Notes: a model not told the origin generated them from the sequence alone. A stretch of 64,000 nucleotides of DNA from Amoebophrya sp. A120 (GCA_905178155.1 CAJINV010000012.1:988004-1052003), one strand, 5' to 3'; counted from the first letter of the stretch, positions 1-14,300 are shown. Numbers and translations are program-made.

Positions 1-528
1 TCAGATTCTTGTTCACCATCTTTATCATCATCAACTGCAGCCCGCCCAAAATGATTCTCGTAACTTGAACTTCTCTTGTTTGTGCTGACGCCAAGACAAC
101 TCTGGCCGTGTGCCGACGTAGTTGAGGTTAAGGTTTCAACGTCAGAGTCTTCATCTTTCTCCGATAATTGCCACGACGGGTGTTCTTGAGAGCAGTATCC
201 AAGAAAAGCACTGTGCTCGTGTAAGAACTCCCTTAGACTTAGAGTGAATCCTACAGCATGACAGCTTTGATCTGAGTAGGACATAGAAAGCCTATCAAGG
301 ACGGCTAGTTGTAGGTGAAAACGCATCTCATGAAAAGGGAGCTTCTTGGCTGTCTGACATGACAAGTGTAAACTTCTGCGTTACAAGTTTTTGCAGCACA
401 GAGACAGACTTACGCTGACACAGTTTCTTTTTTTCTTGAATAGAGAGTAGCCTGCGAGCAGCGGCGTCGTGCTTGCATCTTCCTCCCCAACACCGTCCCT
501 CTGCTCCCACGCCTGCGGTTCTTCTTCG

Positions 529-797
529 TATGCATTGCAAATCTGTCTTGGTCTGGGTTTGTGATGCGAGATTTGGATTAAGGTCTGTGATCTTCTTCCG
601 TGAGTGCGCGTTTCATCTTTCATGATCATGCTGGATGGTCAAAGTTTGTATAGTGCGTTTTACAACGAATGAATCTGTAATAGGCCTCGCGAAACTACTG
701 ATGCTGTTGACCCGTGCAGGCAGCCATTCTGCAGTGCTGGTATATACTTATCAGCAACACAAATTTTTCGACCCGGACACATTTGCTGCAATGGATA
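529..797. mobile_element. Introner-like TIR element, family A, degenerate
   Basis: tatgcattgcaaatctgtcttggtctggg ... acccggacacatttgctgcaatggata; flanking direct repeat decayed. Confidence 0.7.
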
Positions 798-900
798 TCT
801 CTACGTCGATGACGATCTCCTGTAGGACAACCGCGCGGTGGCGGTCGTGGTCCAGCATTATTTCCTCCTCCCCGCGACGAAGAAGATGCTAGTAGGCCGC

Positions 901-1206
901 TATGCATGGCAAATACTCAGGTCTGGGTCTGGGTTTGTGATGCAAAATTGAAAGGACATGGACAGGATCTGCAGGGCATGAAAAATGCGACTGGCCAGCG
1001 GTTTTGTGATTGCCGTGTAGTTGATGAGTGGTCGCGGTTTCTTGTCATGCTAAACGCGAATAATAATAAACTCGTCGCAAGATTATAAGCCGAGGAAAAT
1101 TCCTTCACATGTTGTTATCCCGTACATCACCAAGAGGTGGCCCTGCATTGCAAGTACCAGCAACACAAACTTCCAGAGGAACCAGAGTAAACATTTGCAA
1201 TGCATA
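901..1206. mobile_element. Introner-like TIR element, family A, degenerate
   Basis: tatgcatggcaaatactcaggtctgggtctggg ... ttccagaggaaccagagtaaacatttgcaatgcata. Confidence 0.7.
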
Positions 1207-2857
1207 AGCCCACAAGAGCCTGTACGATGCACAACAGTACCACGTGCGCGCGGTAGTGATCTCGATCTAGATCTAGGCAGCTAGTACAGTTGTCGAAAAC
1301 ATGGCATCACTGCACGAGGGTTGCAAAGTACTTAAATGAAAGATGAAGATGAAGTGAAGTGAAATTATAGTAAGTGCGAATACGAAATTATTATGGGGAA
1401 AAAAATTGTTGGGAACTGCTGGGCTCGCAAAAAAATGCGCCATGGAAGCAAGCTAACCACATCGATTCGGGCAAAAAATCGATCATGCTAGTGCGGAGGT
1501 GACGGCACGAAACTACATCCACGAAGTAATACTGAAACATCAAGAAAGTCAAATTCGTACGACGGTAGAAGTTGTACCAAACCGACCGTGGAAATAGACG
1601 CTCTACACCGATTCTCATACACGCGTTTTTTACACAAGATGAAAATCTAACCCGGTAAAGACGAAGCAAATCTTAACCGAGAAGTTACAGTTGTACAGAG
1701 GCAGACACAGAAACAGAGGTGAAAGAATAATAAACGAGGACAGATGTAGGTCGGGATTTGTACTTTCACGAAAAATAAGAGTGCAAGCACACGACACAGA
1801 CAGCAGCGGGGGACGAGATCACACCGATATGGTAGAAGACAGGATGGAGACACAGAATGAGAATCTAAATGCCAAAAATCCCAATAATATTCAACATCAT
1901 CTTGTTCGCCGCGCAAGATAGCGTCGATTGCAATAAGTGCAAGAACTTGCTCTTAGCAAGAAAAACTGAAATAGGCATGAAGATGTTCTTGAAGGTACCC
2001 AGCACCACCAGCAGCGGTTTGCCATAAGAAGTACGCACCAGGCTATCAGCGCTGCTTTGGTGAATCATGGCGTTTTTTATCATCACAGAAAGGCTACAAC
2101 TAGCGGTCTCGGTGATTAGACTCTTGGGAGTTCAAGAGTCTCTTACGCGCTCGGCTTCCACAGGATCGGTCGCTATCTGTTGCAGCCTTCTTGTAAATGA
2201 GAAATCAGCAGGTACTACTGGGGCGAGATGGATTGATACGCAGGTGAACGATCATGCCGAAACACAAGAAATAAATGAATAATGATAATCAATCATGTTA
2301 AAAACACAAAACTCCGGTTGTCCTTTACAGCGGACGCATTCAAGAATTTCCTTAGATGTAATAAGAAGTCAAAATGTAGTTCTGTTCTATGTGCGAACAA
2401 AAGATTCAAAGCAGATCCTGATCAGAATGTGTTCTACATAATTATGCTTGCTAGTATAATGTACAGAAAAAAACAAAATTTTACTTCGCACAACTTTCGA
2501 TTTATTCTTGAGCAGCAAGAATAGGAACCGAACTTGATCGTCAAACTGTAAATGATAAAGAAAGAGAAACAAGATTGATAAAGAGCATACTTTTCGAGTT
2601 ACAAATACGATTGATTCGTGCCTTCATGAAGAAGAGGTTACAGTACGGTGACGGAGTGGATATACAGAAGATATGTGCAAAAGTAGAAATAGAAAATAAG
2701 TAGCTATGATTGAATTTCATGGTTGCTCAGCAAGAGCAACACCCGCTGTAGTCGGGCATTACAAAAATCAGCATACCTTCCGAGTTCGGCCACACAGCGG
2801 TAGAAGACCAGACACTGGGCCCCTAGGCTCGTTGACCTTGACTCTGCAGTAGAGTTT

Positions 2858-5800
2858 TCACTTCTCGCCGCAATTGCACCCCCCGCCTTGTTCACCAGCG
2901 TCCTTCGGGGGCGGGGCCACCGCGGCGTTCTCGTCCGGCGGAACTGCGGGCCGTGCCGCCAGCGCCTGTTCTCCCTGTCCCTGCCCTGGGCCGCCGGCAT
3001 TGGCGTTCGGCTGTCAATATGCGTGCGTCAAATGAAGAGGACGGGCGCACTACAAGTTTGTTTCACATCCGGAACAGCTTGCGCTTGGGGAGTCGTCGTA
3101 TTACGAACACCAACACGACCATATATTTCATCTAGTCCCCGGGATGTTGAAAAAGGCTCTGCTACTGCGAACAGCATCAAGTAGGCAGATACACACTTCT
3201 CGAGAAGCGAGAATGGGCAGTGTGCCTAATCGGACAGCGAAGACGTCGCAGCCATGCTGCACTGGGCAAACGCAAAACAATTTGCTCAGTAGCGCGGTTC
3301 TTCTTGTGTGCAAACAATGCTGTTCCCCCAGCCACTTTCAAATACATAAAAACTGTGATCATGATCGACATTTCACGGTGTACTGCGACTCTCCAAGATG
3401 CCTATTGTCGATGCAAAAACATAGCACAGCGCGAAGCTGTTCTGAAGATGTGAAACTCTACTTCAAACCCGACCTAAATAAAAGTAGGCGCCTTCATAGG
3501 GGTTGCGGCGGGTGGTTTGCGGCAATCCGCTGGGCTTCTTGCGGCCCAAGCACGACGGGGGCTGCCGCCGCCGCCCCGACGGCTCCTGGACGACGCGGCC
3601 GCGCATGTGCTGGCGGAACTACACCAGGAGAGGCGGTCGAAGGTACGGAAGGGGAAGTAAGTCCGCTGCTAGCTGCAGCTCCGGCTCCTCCGCCTGCCGG
3701 AGCTGCACCCGGGGATCCGCGCGCCAGAGGTGTAGTACCCGATCTTCCGTGCACGGCAGCACCTGCCGCTCCGGCTGCCGGAACAGGAGGTGGTCCAGCA
3801 ACCGCCATGGGAGGCAGGCCGGCTGCAGTCGTGGTAGTCATTCCTGGTCGTGCTGCTGGTACGACGGGGGCTGCCGCAGCCGCTGCCGCCCCGACGGCTT
3901 CTGCATCACCACGCGGCCGCGGATAAAGGGCCGGCGTAGCCGGTGATACGGGTGAAGCTAGCCCAGGAGAGGCGGTCGAAGGTACGGGAGAGGAAGCTCC
4001 AGCGGCTGCAGCTTGACTTCCAGCTCCAGCCCCTCCGCCTGCCAGAGTTGTAGTACCCAATGATCCACCGCCCCGCGCGGCCAGAGTTGTAGTACCCAAT
4101 CCGCGCGCCAGAGGTGTGGTACCCGACGACCCGCGCGCGGCAGCACCTGCCGCTCCGGCTGCCGCAACAGGAGGTGGCCCAGCAACCGCCACGGGAGGCG
4201 GGCCGGCTGGTCGAGCTGCAGGAGGCACAGCAGCTGCGGGTCTTCCGACTGGCGCTGCAAAATCGTTCCTGGGTGCCGGCGTAGTAGATGCCACTGCTGG
4301 CGCTGCGTCGCCTATCCAAGAAAAAAACTGGAACTGCGTTAGTGTATTTCTTTTGGAAATACAACAGCGGCACAAGTTCGTCTGCCATGACAGGAAAAAC
4401 TTGTTATGCACAGATAGTATGTGAGGGATGAAAACACATAGGAAGCGAGCCGATCATGCATGTCGAGCATGACAAGTATAACTGTTTTGCATTTTCCGCA
4501 TCACAGATTTACACTTAAACAGTTTTTTTCTTGCATACCGCCGGATGCAGGTCCACCCGTTCTGCTGGCTGCTTGTGTTCGTGCACCCGGCGTGCCAGGA
4601 GCGAATGATCGCGGGGTGCGGGTGGTCGCGACTGCCGATCCCGAGCCGGCCGGCGCTTGTAAAGATGGAACAGGACCGGCTGCTGGTGACCGAGAGGGAG
4701 CGGCGGGAGTCGTCGCCAGAGACCCAGCGGCGCGAGCGGCAGGTGGTGGCGGAGCCGGTAGAGCAGACCGTGGCTATGCTGTGCAAAACCGTACCCGCGA
4801 CCCGCCACATCGTCAAGTAGATCGATGGGCATTTTTTTGCTACACACATCAGGCGCTTTACTAGCAGTGTTGTCGTGTGTGCGTGGTGTGCTAGTCGCAT
4901 CTCAGACATCGATCATCATGTCGATCATGCCTGGACTCATATAATAGCATGATGCGATTTGTTTTTGTTCCAAAACTCTTAACAGAGAGAGTACAACATC
5001 AAGCATGGGCATTTAGAAATAAACACTTCTGCACTTCTCAACACACGGCTCCTGGCTGCGCATGAGAGACAATCCGGGGTGGCGGAGGTGGGAGGTACGT
5101 TTTCACACAGGATAGCGGCTGCGGCGTGCCCACGCCGACTTCGCGCAGGAAATTCTGGACCTGCTCCTTGCAGAGATCGCTTGGTTTTGTCTTCTTTTCT
5201 TGTGCTTCCACCTTGAACTGCTGCAAAGCCGCGTACGTCAGCTGCGAGACCTTCCTCCGACGTTTCGGTTTCCCCTCCGGCCCCCCAAAGACATGCACGC
5301 CTGGTAGTTTGTCCCCTTGTTTGTCTTTTGTCCACATCAACGGCTCAAATACAAACGGGTAAAGAAGCAAAAACATCTTCTCCTGCCGTTTCTTATGCAT
5401 TGCAAATATGTCTGGCGGGTCTGGAAAGATGTAAACTTCCGATGCTGATTCCACAGGCGACAAAAATGAAAATTTGTCTTGCATAGCAAGCAAAAAACGT
5501 TGCTTTATTTTGCCTCAGGAAGTACTTAGCAGTAGTTCAAGTTCTAGTTGTAGTACTAGTAATACTAGTAGTCGCCATTTGACTCCCAAATGGGCGGGCA
5601 TTGCTCATGCAGACTCGGAATAGAGCAGCTTGTCATGCTCTGTGTGCGTGATTTCGGGACCGGACCTTTTTGTTCTTTCAGGTCCAAAAAAATGCTCCAT
5701 GAAAAGTGTTTGCATTCTTCCATACCCAGACATATTTGCAGGGGGTATTTCGCTTGTGTTGCCGGCGGTAGCTGAAACGCGTCGGCCAGCCAGTTGAGGC

Positions 5801-6845
5801 CTGCGGTCTGCCCCTTCAAGAGTCTTGCAAAGACGGCCCTGACCACACGAAGAAGTGCAAGCACTTGCGGGCCCGGCGGCGGCAAGTGAACCGGGCACGA
5901 AGAAGTGGAAGCCGCATCGTACAACTCGCAATTACCACCATGGTCGGAACTCACCCAGCCACCCAAGACTTTGGCGACAAACATCTTCCCATCTTGGTGA
6001 TGTTGAAGTACGGACGTGAGAAAGTTTGTGCCTGCTGAAGATTCTTGTTGGACCTGCTTCGTGATCGCGTCTTCCACCTTGAGAAAGATTTGGCTCAGTT
6101 CTCCTGAGTCCTTCTTCAGTCCACTTCCGATAGTGCTGTGAACCTTTTCGTCCTCCAGTTGCTCGTCGCTGGCGCCATCACGGACCGCGCTTGCCCAGAC
6201 GAAAATCTGCTCGGTATCCTCTTGCAGGAGAAAGGAGAACGCTTCCGGGAAAAAGCTTTGCAGGCTGCGATCCTGTTCATTTTGGTTAGAAGCGACAGGC
6301 AAACCGGGCAGCATCTCCGCAACAACCCGAACCGGCATGCTTCCAATGTCTTGGATGGCCTGTCCGTACGTTTCGAAATAACTGACGTCTTGTGATTTGT
6401 CATTCCCTGGAACATTTGTACCCCAACGACGATGGGCAAAATAGGCCCCCGCCGCGCCCGCGCCTACAACTGCAGTGGCTTGCATCACCTGCTCGATTTG
6501 GTTTTGCAACTGCCGTGCCTGTTCCACCTGTTCGCCTCCGCCAGCATGCAGTAGGCCGCCCCAATTGTTCAACCCGTTCATGGTCCACCAGTTGTTGATG
6601 CCGTCTCCTCCTGCATCACCTGTGCCGGCGCCGTCCGCTGAGAACCATCCACCCACAGCATCGCCGGCACCGTGGAGAGCATCGCCGACACCGTGGAAAG
6701 CATCGCCGACACCATCCGCGCCGGCTTCGAAAAGCCCACAAAGGATTTGAGTACCAGCACCCTCGAAGCCCACCCAATCGACTATCAACAGCGGAATACT
6801 AACGGTCGCCACCGCACCAAGGGCCACCTTCGCGGCAACGCCCAT
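2858..6845 (-). CDS. Hypothetical protein with N-terminal hydrophobic segment and long Ala/Pro/Gly-rich C-terminus; 5 exons
   Basis: ORFs 5565-6845, 5038-5493, an exon at 4538-4774 and 3494-4411 join in frame on removing elements 5394-5747, 4775-5114 and 4313-4537 plus 5 nt each (QAK|RQEK, PQP|RSAL, ASG|GAAP). The last exon (~2858-3013, QPNANAGG...CNCGEK*) is tentative. Confidence 0.7.
3018..3498. mobile_element. Old, degenerate TIR element / probable intron
   Basis: gtttcacatccggaacagcttgcgct near 3060 is an inverted match to agcgcgaagctgttctgaagatgtgaaac near 3430-3457; TAT/ATA ends; no clear direct repeat. Confidence 0.5.
3552..4210. repeat. Imperfect ~310-bp tandem duplication within coding exon
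   Basis: acgacgggggctgccgc...ggagaggcggtcgaaggtacgg...gcagcacctgccgctccggctgccg...aacaggaggtgg occurs from 3552 and again from 3861. Confidence 0.85.
4313..4537. mobile_element. Introner, family E
   Basis: tatccaagaaaaaaactg ... cagtttttttcttgcata; DR tcgcc/ccgcc. Confidence 0.85.
4775..5114. mobile_element. Introner, family C, degenerate
   Basis: tatgctgtgcaaaaccgtacc ... ggtacgttttcacacaggata; DR gtggc/gcggc. Confidence 0.8.
5394..5747. mobile_element. Introner, family A
   Basis: tatgcattgcaaatatgtctggcgggtctggaa ... ttccatacccagacatatttgcagggggta; DR tttct/tttcg. Confidence 0.85.
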
Positions 6846-7865
6846 TTCCCTTTGGTTACGAGAATATATGGGCGTGAAAAGTCTTAGAATTTCGGCTGTG
6901 CTCGACGCGGAAACTTTGGCGGTGCTTGGCTACTTAACACCACAGGGCACGTCACCAAGCACGGGCCGCAGCTAAGCTGTGACACCAATCTCTAAGCAAA
7001 ACGAAAACGACACTCACGGCCATGCCCTTGCCCCACGGTTGTATCATTTGAAAGTATTGGAGTATTTCTCTTTGAATAATACTGTCATTCAAAGTAAGGA
7101 AGCGCTCTGAGTGGCTAGTCCGCGTGGGAAGAGTCGCGACTTCCTTCCGAAATATGGCCAGCCAGGAGGCACTGGGCCGCCCACAGAGCCAACTTCGCGA
7201 ATAGAGCGCTCTGCTGACCCGCAGCTTCAGAAATGCCGGTCGTTCTCGCTTTGTTTTGTACGCAACAGACTAAGACGCCCTAACACCGGAGGACGCTTGT
7301 GCCGCTTTGCCCGACAAGAGCAGTCCCACTGAGGCGGTTTCAAAAATAACAATCGCGCCGGCGAAGCAATAGTCGCGGGGCGCGGGGGAAAGTGAGGCCC
7401 TGAAGCAAGCTGCCAGAAACCACACCTCCGCGGTGCGACAAACAAGACCACGCAACGCTGCGCAGGCCGTTACCTCAGCACCTCCATAAGTTCTAGGGCT
7501 GACAGGATTGGGCTCGGCTGCGAGCAGCGCTGGCCCTGGCCCTGGGGCAAACACGACTTACACATACGAAGAGAAGACGTGACGCGCTGGTCCACGGAAA
7601 GCAAAATCTGAATTCTCACATCACTCTTCACGCCCTTAGCGTTACTAGCCTCGTTTTCGTTAGCCTTCGTTTTCGTCAGAAGGAAGCTGACGCAGCATGA
7701 TCAAAAACACCGCAAGACCCCTGGTTCTTGGAATAAAGTAGGCGCTGACACACTATCCCTGCCTTAAAAACCTTTTTCACGTCCTTATACGAATGAATGC
7801 ATACACAGCCCGATGCAGCGAGCGCAATATATTAAGTACATTTTCTGATCTTCTGCAAATCCTCG

Positions 7866-9462
7866 TTATATATACACAAGAACGGGCTCTCGGGGTGGTT
7901 TTGCAAATGATATTCGAGCTGTCGGAGGCTGAACCGCTATTACTGGAAATTCATTTATGCATTGCAAAGGCATGTATCTTCGTACGTAGTCGTAATCGTA
8001 TTAGAATTAGTTACAAATTTTGTTTAAAACAAATCAATACAGAATAAACATTAAATTAGAACTTTGCATAGCTGATTTCCCATGGGAAGTGGGTTTTTCA
8101 TGCGACTACTAGTACGAGCACGATACTTTTGCACAGCATACTACTTTCCTCGCGTTGGAACGACCTGTCGTGCCCTACACAATCATCGTGACCGTCCGCG
8201 CAATCGAGACTCGACGCTGCATCCACCCCGACAGGGTCGGCTGGCGTTGCCAGGGTGGCTGCGGTATTTGTCGTCGTCTCCAACTCGAAGCCCGTCGTGT
8301 GACGTAGGTGATCATGTTGAGATAAATTCATTATCAAGTGCAAACATGTCTAGGTCATCTGCACGAAAGTTCTAATGCGAGTTCCATCTCCGTCAGAAGT
8401 GGCGGATTTCATCAATAGGTATTACCACGCCAGGGACACGAAACTTTAACTTTTTAAAGAAGGGCTGTAGCACATAGCGTGCAACGCGCTCGCGCATGAG
8501 AGATGATGGCATTTGTGCATGACAAACGGCGTTGCCATGGGAGGTGGTCAGGGTCACTCGCTCCATGCATCACATATTCTCGCTTTCCTCGAATAAATAA
8601 TAAATTGCGCAATTCACAGGTTCATTCGTATTTTTTGTTCAGATCCAGACACATTTGCACACCATATGACTCATACTTTCGCTGAAGCCGCCGCCGATCC
8701 CCATTTTCTGTTTGACACAGTCCTCCTGACCGGCGCAAAATCCCAAGTGGGACAGCACGCCACCGCTTCCTAGCAGAAGAAATGAGAGTGAACACAGAAT
8801 CGCGACAGTTGTTATAATGATCACGAGTAAAAACAAACACACACCGCTCTGTGAGCAGGCGGACCGGCGCTTCATTGCTCCTACGCGACTTTTGGTGGTG
8901 CTGCTGCTCGATGAATAGAAGGCAGCAGCGGGTGGTTTGTCATCATCTGCTGGACGTCGTGCATCCAGATCATCGCATGATCTTGAAGTAGATCTTGTCT
9001 CAGCTGCGCTGCTGGGGTCAAGATCTTCACGATGATGCTGGCCTTCCGCTACTGGCAGCACATCAACATGGTCGATTTGCAGCGCAGCTGCATCTTCACC
9101 CGACCCTAGGAGGAGTTGAAGTTCACTTTCACATTCACAGCATTCTTATGCATTGCAAAACTATCGCACAGCTAGTACTACGAAATGCTTTTTTACAAAT
9201 CTTGGCAAGAACAGAAGTGGAATTTTGAATTTTGATTCAGGTTGCTGGCAAAGATGATATTTGTTGCGCGGCATGACTGCAATTTTAAGAATAAGAAATT
9301 TTACTTTTATATCTATGAGTGCGATACTTTTGCACAGGGTAACAACTCTGCTTCGCCTTCGTCGACAACCAATACTTGCTGCAACACACCAACATCAAGG
9401 ACCTCCTCGACGGAATCTTCCATGGTGATATCCTCGTCCCTCGTGGCGGTTACTACTTTCAT
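7866..9462 (-). CDS. Hypothetical single-pass membrane protein; 4 exons
   Basis: MKVVTATRDED... joins ORFs 8639-9061 and 8098-8343 in frame on removing three elements plus 5 nt; TM segment LFLLVIIITTVAILCSLSFLLLG; frame of last exon less certain. Confidence 0.6.
7956..8140. mobile_element. Introner, family B, degenerate
   Basis: tatgcattgcaaaggcatgtatc ... cgatacttttgcacagcata; DR decayed. Confidence 0.75.
8332..8666. mobile_element. Introner, family A, degenerate
   Basis: tatcaagtgcaaacatgtctagg ... tccagacacatttgcacaccata; DR decayed but +5 removal keeps frame. Confidence 0.75.
9147..9341. mobile_element. Introner, family B, degenerate
   Basis: tatgcattgcaaaactatcgcac ... gtgcgatacttttgcacagggta; +5 removal keeps frame. 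Confidence 0.75.
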
Positions 9463-11350
9463 TCTTGCGGTCGAAAAGATGGTAGGGAAGCTCGTTTATT
9501 TTTCCGCTTCTAGTCCCTTTGCAGGAACTTGTCGTGCAACATTTGGCAATCAGGACAACAAAATTGCTGCAGAAATTGAAATTCTTGAGATATGTATGTA
9601 ACGCGCGAAAAAATATTTTTCATACTGGAATAATTCACAACACAATCCTCGCGCATTAGGAACATCAAAACAAGCTATGATCCTGCCCTGTTTGTGCTTG
9701 CTTTCCGATAAAACGAAGAAATTGTGCACATGACATCAAACGGAAATGCTCGAAGAATCAAAAATGCTAATGCAATGCGCAAAACATGATAACATCAAAC
9801 TGTTCTCAAATTTGTTTTTGTGCGTAGAATTACATAGAGATAAATCAATGATAAAGAATGTTGATGGGACAGACCCAGATGAGAAAGTGAAAGAGATGAA
9901 TGGCAAATTGTAAAAAGTAAAACGAATTGTTAGAGGGGAAACGCTTCACGATTCCTGGGGAAGGAAGGAGGAAACACACCTGCGAAAGAATAAGAAAGAA
10001 AATTCTACATGTTCCACATTCCATTCAGAACTAGCTTCTAGTACCTCCCAAGAGGTGTCGCGCGCTTGCCAGAAAGAGAGCTAGGACTGCAACACGAGTT
10101 CGTTATTTTGCACTAATGAAACAAGCTTCGCACTCGTCCCCGAGGGAAGAGATACTGAAACTGATGATGATGAAAATAGCAAGCAACCTTTCGACCAGAG
10201 CACGATAAAAGTTGTAGGAAACACAGCTGTACCGAAAGTAAGAAACGCTCTCCACAAAAAAACCGCCACAAATAACCGAGTCCAAGTTTTTACCAAATCG
10301 ATGAAACGACAGCACACAGAAGTTTGCAGCAGATTGATGCAGTCAGTGGTTTCTCGTTTGTACCGATTTCGCAATCCGAAATTACAACAGACCACCACGA
10401 TAACATGCAATGTTGACACTGGGTAAGAAATGCACGATTCGAAAAGTACATCAGGAGAACGCGCACCGATCGGGTTTAATAGTGATTGTGATGTTCTATG
10501 AGAATGACGACCGCAGACCGATGTTGGCTTATCTGAAGGGACAACCGACACAGAAGTGAGACGGCAAGAAGAAGTGGTCATCTTCGATGCAGCATGTAAA
10601 GGAGACTTCTTGAGCGCACACAAGCTTAAAGAAGTACTTACGTACACGCTGCGCAATTTACCAGAGTAATTATCCAATTCTGACTGACCAACATTTCTTG
10701 TTCCAACGGACATATTACGTAGTGGAGTGTCAGATGCTACACGCTAGTGGATAAGTCACGCTCAGTTTTTTCTCATCAATGTTCCTGTTCGCTTGTTCCT
10801 CCCGAAAATCACCGTCCTCGCCGTCGCCCCCGATCATGTCCGCGATCCATACTCTTCTTGCAGCTGCAGATGAAGTAGGTGCAGCAGCGGTTTCTTCATC
10901 GCCTGGGCAAGCCGTCGTGACTATTCCCCGCAACCGAGCAAAGGCCGCTGTGATGCGCTGCAATATGGAAATGGAAAAAGTCCATCACTGTACTGTTTCA
11001 TTTCGCGTTTTGCATGTTTATTATCTCGCCTCGAAAATAGGTATTTTGATTTTCTTTCTTAAACTGCACCATTGCTTTTTTTTCCGTGCCTTTACAGAAA
11101 CGTGGACGCGCGGCTCTGTTTTGCGTAAAATTGAATTTCATTGTGATTGGTTTTTTCTCTTCCCATATTCAAATGCTTCTCGTCGATAGGAAAGTGCTGT
11201 TCCACCGGCAACCGTTTTCGCGTAAGAAACTCTCGTCCTTCTCCTGCTGGTGTAGTTACTTCTTTTCTACGTCCTCCTTCCGGCGAGGACGGCGATGCCG
11301 ATGAAGATGATGTTGGTCGATGTTGATGTATATGTATTTCTTTTTCATGT

Positions 11351-14300
11351 TCATGTACTATGCTTGATGTTGGCTCTACTTCCTCCTCTTGCTCGGGAAA
11401 ATTGAAGACGCTCTTCTTCTTCCGGGGACGTGGTTTGTTCTTTGCGCTAGTGTTCGCGCCAGTGCTTTATGCATTGCAAAAGTATCGTATTCGTACTCGT
11501 ATAAATGCATTACAAATTTCCTCAGCATGAGAAATGACGTTTGTAATGCGGATTTACCTTAAGGACAAGATTTGTAATGCAAGTCTTGCATTTATACGAA
11601 TACGAGGCTTTTGCACAGGATATGCTCTCTTCTCCAGCGATATTCGCATCGGACTCTTGTCCAGTTGTTGTGGATGAAACTCCTGCTCCGTCAGAAGGGA
11701 AAGAAACAGAAACTCGCCCGGCTGGCTCGATCGATAAACCTATTTTTTGGTTCCTCTTCACGACTCCTTCGCTGGGCAGCAACCTCGCCACCGCAAGAGC
11801 AAAACTTTTTGCGGCTCGCTGAGAATAATTTGTGATCTCGTTGGAGGGAAGAAATTTATCCCCTGTGGACAGCGGCGGGAGAGGAGAAGGTGTCGTCGCT
11901 GTGCTGTCGTGAAGCTCTGTTTCAGCACTAGTACTTTTGAATGTAGCGGAAAATGTGACACTAGCTGCGCTGTCTCCTCCCTCTACCGCCGGCACCATAT
12001 TGCTGGTAGTAGAAGAATTTGAAATTCTCCGCTTTTCTTCAGCCGCGCCAGAAACTAGTACATTTTCATCAGCCCCGACGATTCGAGACAGGCCCTCCAA
12101 CAGAAGGCTGGCGTCGCGAATGATTTTCCTCTTCCGATCCATATCTACTACCTCATCTTTCTTGCAAGCACCGAATGAAGGACGCGGCTTTGTTCCAACA
12201 TTAGAAGCAGGAATAGCTGCTCTAGCTGTTGAAGGTGTTGCAACATCGTCGGCTTCATGTGCTCTGTTCAACGTTGTTCTGGTCCCCGTTATGCTAGCGC
12301 CTTCTTGATTTGTATTTCCGGTTGTTCCTCCTGAAGCCGCTTGTTCCGTGGCATCACTTTTTGTAGGTTCTGGCTCACGCTCGGGGTCAACAACAACACC
12401 CGTGGAGCTACGAGCTCTACTTGCGAACAACCCGCACGACCCCAGACGTGCACACAGGCGGTCCTCCCACCAGCGATCATGATATCACGAGAAAAAAGTG
12501 TTACAGTTACACATTTGTTGGAGTAGTTTCTGCATCACAAATTTTCTCTGTGTGGCAGGGAAAACTTGTAATGCGAAAATCACAAGGGAAAACAGGAAGA
12601 AAATGAGGATCCCAAGCATTTCCTGCATGAGAGAGGTTATCTGTGTTGCCGGTCTTGCAACACAATGTGTAACTGTAACACTTTTTTCTTGCGATACATG
12701 AGAACAGTATTCCAGTACGGCTTCCGCGGTACTTCGCGCTGTCTCCGAGGGCGCACAGGTGCCGAGAAACCAGAACAACTTCCCCAGCATTTGCAGGTCG
12801 GTTTGCAGGATATGGTTGTAGTGCGGATCGTAGTTAATATCGTGGTGGTCCGGTCGTGGTGCAAAGCTGGAACTAGTATCCTGTGGTAGATGCTCGTGTT
12901 CAGGTGGCTCCCCATCCTCATCTTCCGCAGCAGCTCGTCTTGCATCTTCTGGATTACCAGCGTCTGGCCCTCTTCTAAGCGGCCTTTTCGTCACGAAACC
13001 TAATTCTTTCCCAGCAGGAGCAGCAAGCTCGTGCTCGTCTCCCTGCCGTAGTCGGGTCAGAACGAAAATTTTCTGCCGGATAAGACTGCATAAGGCCTCC
13101 GCGATTGGAGTCGGGGAAGTGGAGGTGTACGTGTAGTAGTTGCAGACGATGCTAGAAGAACGAATGGTAGCAATATCATCTTTTCCAGCTTGTTTTTCGA
13201 ATGCTGCTTGTTCTTCGTCACCTCGGCAGCTTGGTCGTTCTATGCTTAAAAGAAGCTCATGTTCATCTTCTTGCATCGTTCCTCCAACTCGTCTTCCTTC
13301 AGCGCTGGAGATTGTGCGGGCGGTGGTCGATGATTGTACCGTGGTAGAGGAGGCCGCAGATAATTGCGTGCGCATCGATGTCGGTTTTGCAGTACTGTCA
13401 TGACCAGCAGATGACACTAGTGCAGTTATAACAGAGCTCGTCGTCGGCTTGTGCGCAGTGACAGTCTCTCTCCGCCCAGTCGCCGTTATGCTTGTCCTCC
13501 CGGCCCGGGCCAGCAAGAAACACATCTCGATGAGATTCCTCCACCGTGGGTCGTGGGTGACAGTTATTATGACGTCGTTTTTGTCATAGTAATCTCTGGA
13601 AGTCGTGCCTTCCGAAGTGGAGGTGCTGAGCCTTGAAGATGTTCTTGACGGTAGAGAATAAAGAAGTTGGCCTAGTTCTAGTTGTCCAGCACCAAGGGGC
13701 ATCGCTTTATTCCCAGCATACTGAAAATCCCTTCGAATTAACCGCAAACCGACGCGCTCCAGGTCCTGCCATACAATCGATGAACGCTTTGGTTTGACAT
13801 CACTGTTACTTTTCATCTTCGACCAACGACTAGGACTACTGCTCTCCGCGGCGAGCGCCATTGCTTTCTCGCTTCCGGCGATACAGAACCAGTCTTCGAT
13901 CTTCTTCAAGTCAAGAATCGCCTTTCGGCTCAAGCCAAATTCGAGGTTTTCCTTCTGCAAAACTTGATCCTTTATGCATTGCAAAAATGTCTGGGTCTGG
14001 AAACTTGTAATGCTGAATAGCCACGATGGACTGTGCCTTGAAGTTTAACTGCAGTGCAGCATGACAAATCTTTCAAACGCTCATCTGTCATGCGCAGGAC
14101 GCATTACAAACCGAGTTTTTGCATGACGAAAGTGTAGCGCTTTATTTGCTGCTTTAAGCGATACAGGTTTTTTAGGAATGCGAAACACGCAATACAGGTT
14201 CAACCTTTCCAGACTCAGACATATTTGCATTTGATATCCTTCACCTCGTCCACGGTTTCCTTCCGGGTCGCCAACGCCTTTTCCACGTGTTGAAAGGTTG

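Noticed and set aside
328-1300. Gene hosting the first two elements
   Set aside because: Likely exists on the minus strand, but I could not fix a unique frame or start
3144-4864. Long plus-strand Ala/Gly/Pro ORFs
   Set aside because: Antisense shadows of the GC-rich minus-strand exons
10081-11304. ORFs 10081-10713, 10730-10963, 10779-11189
   Set aside because: No recognisable domain or splice structure; cannot tell gene from UTR
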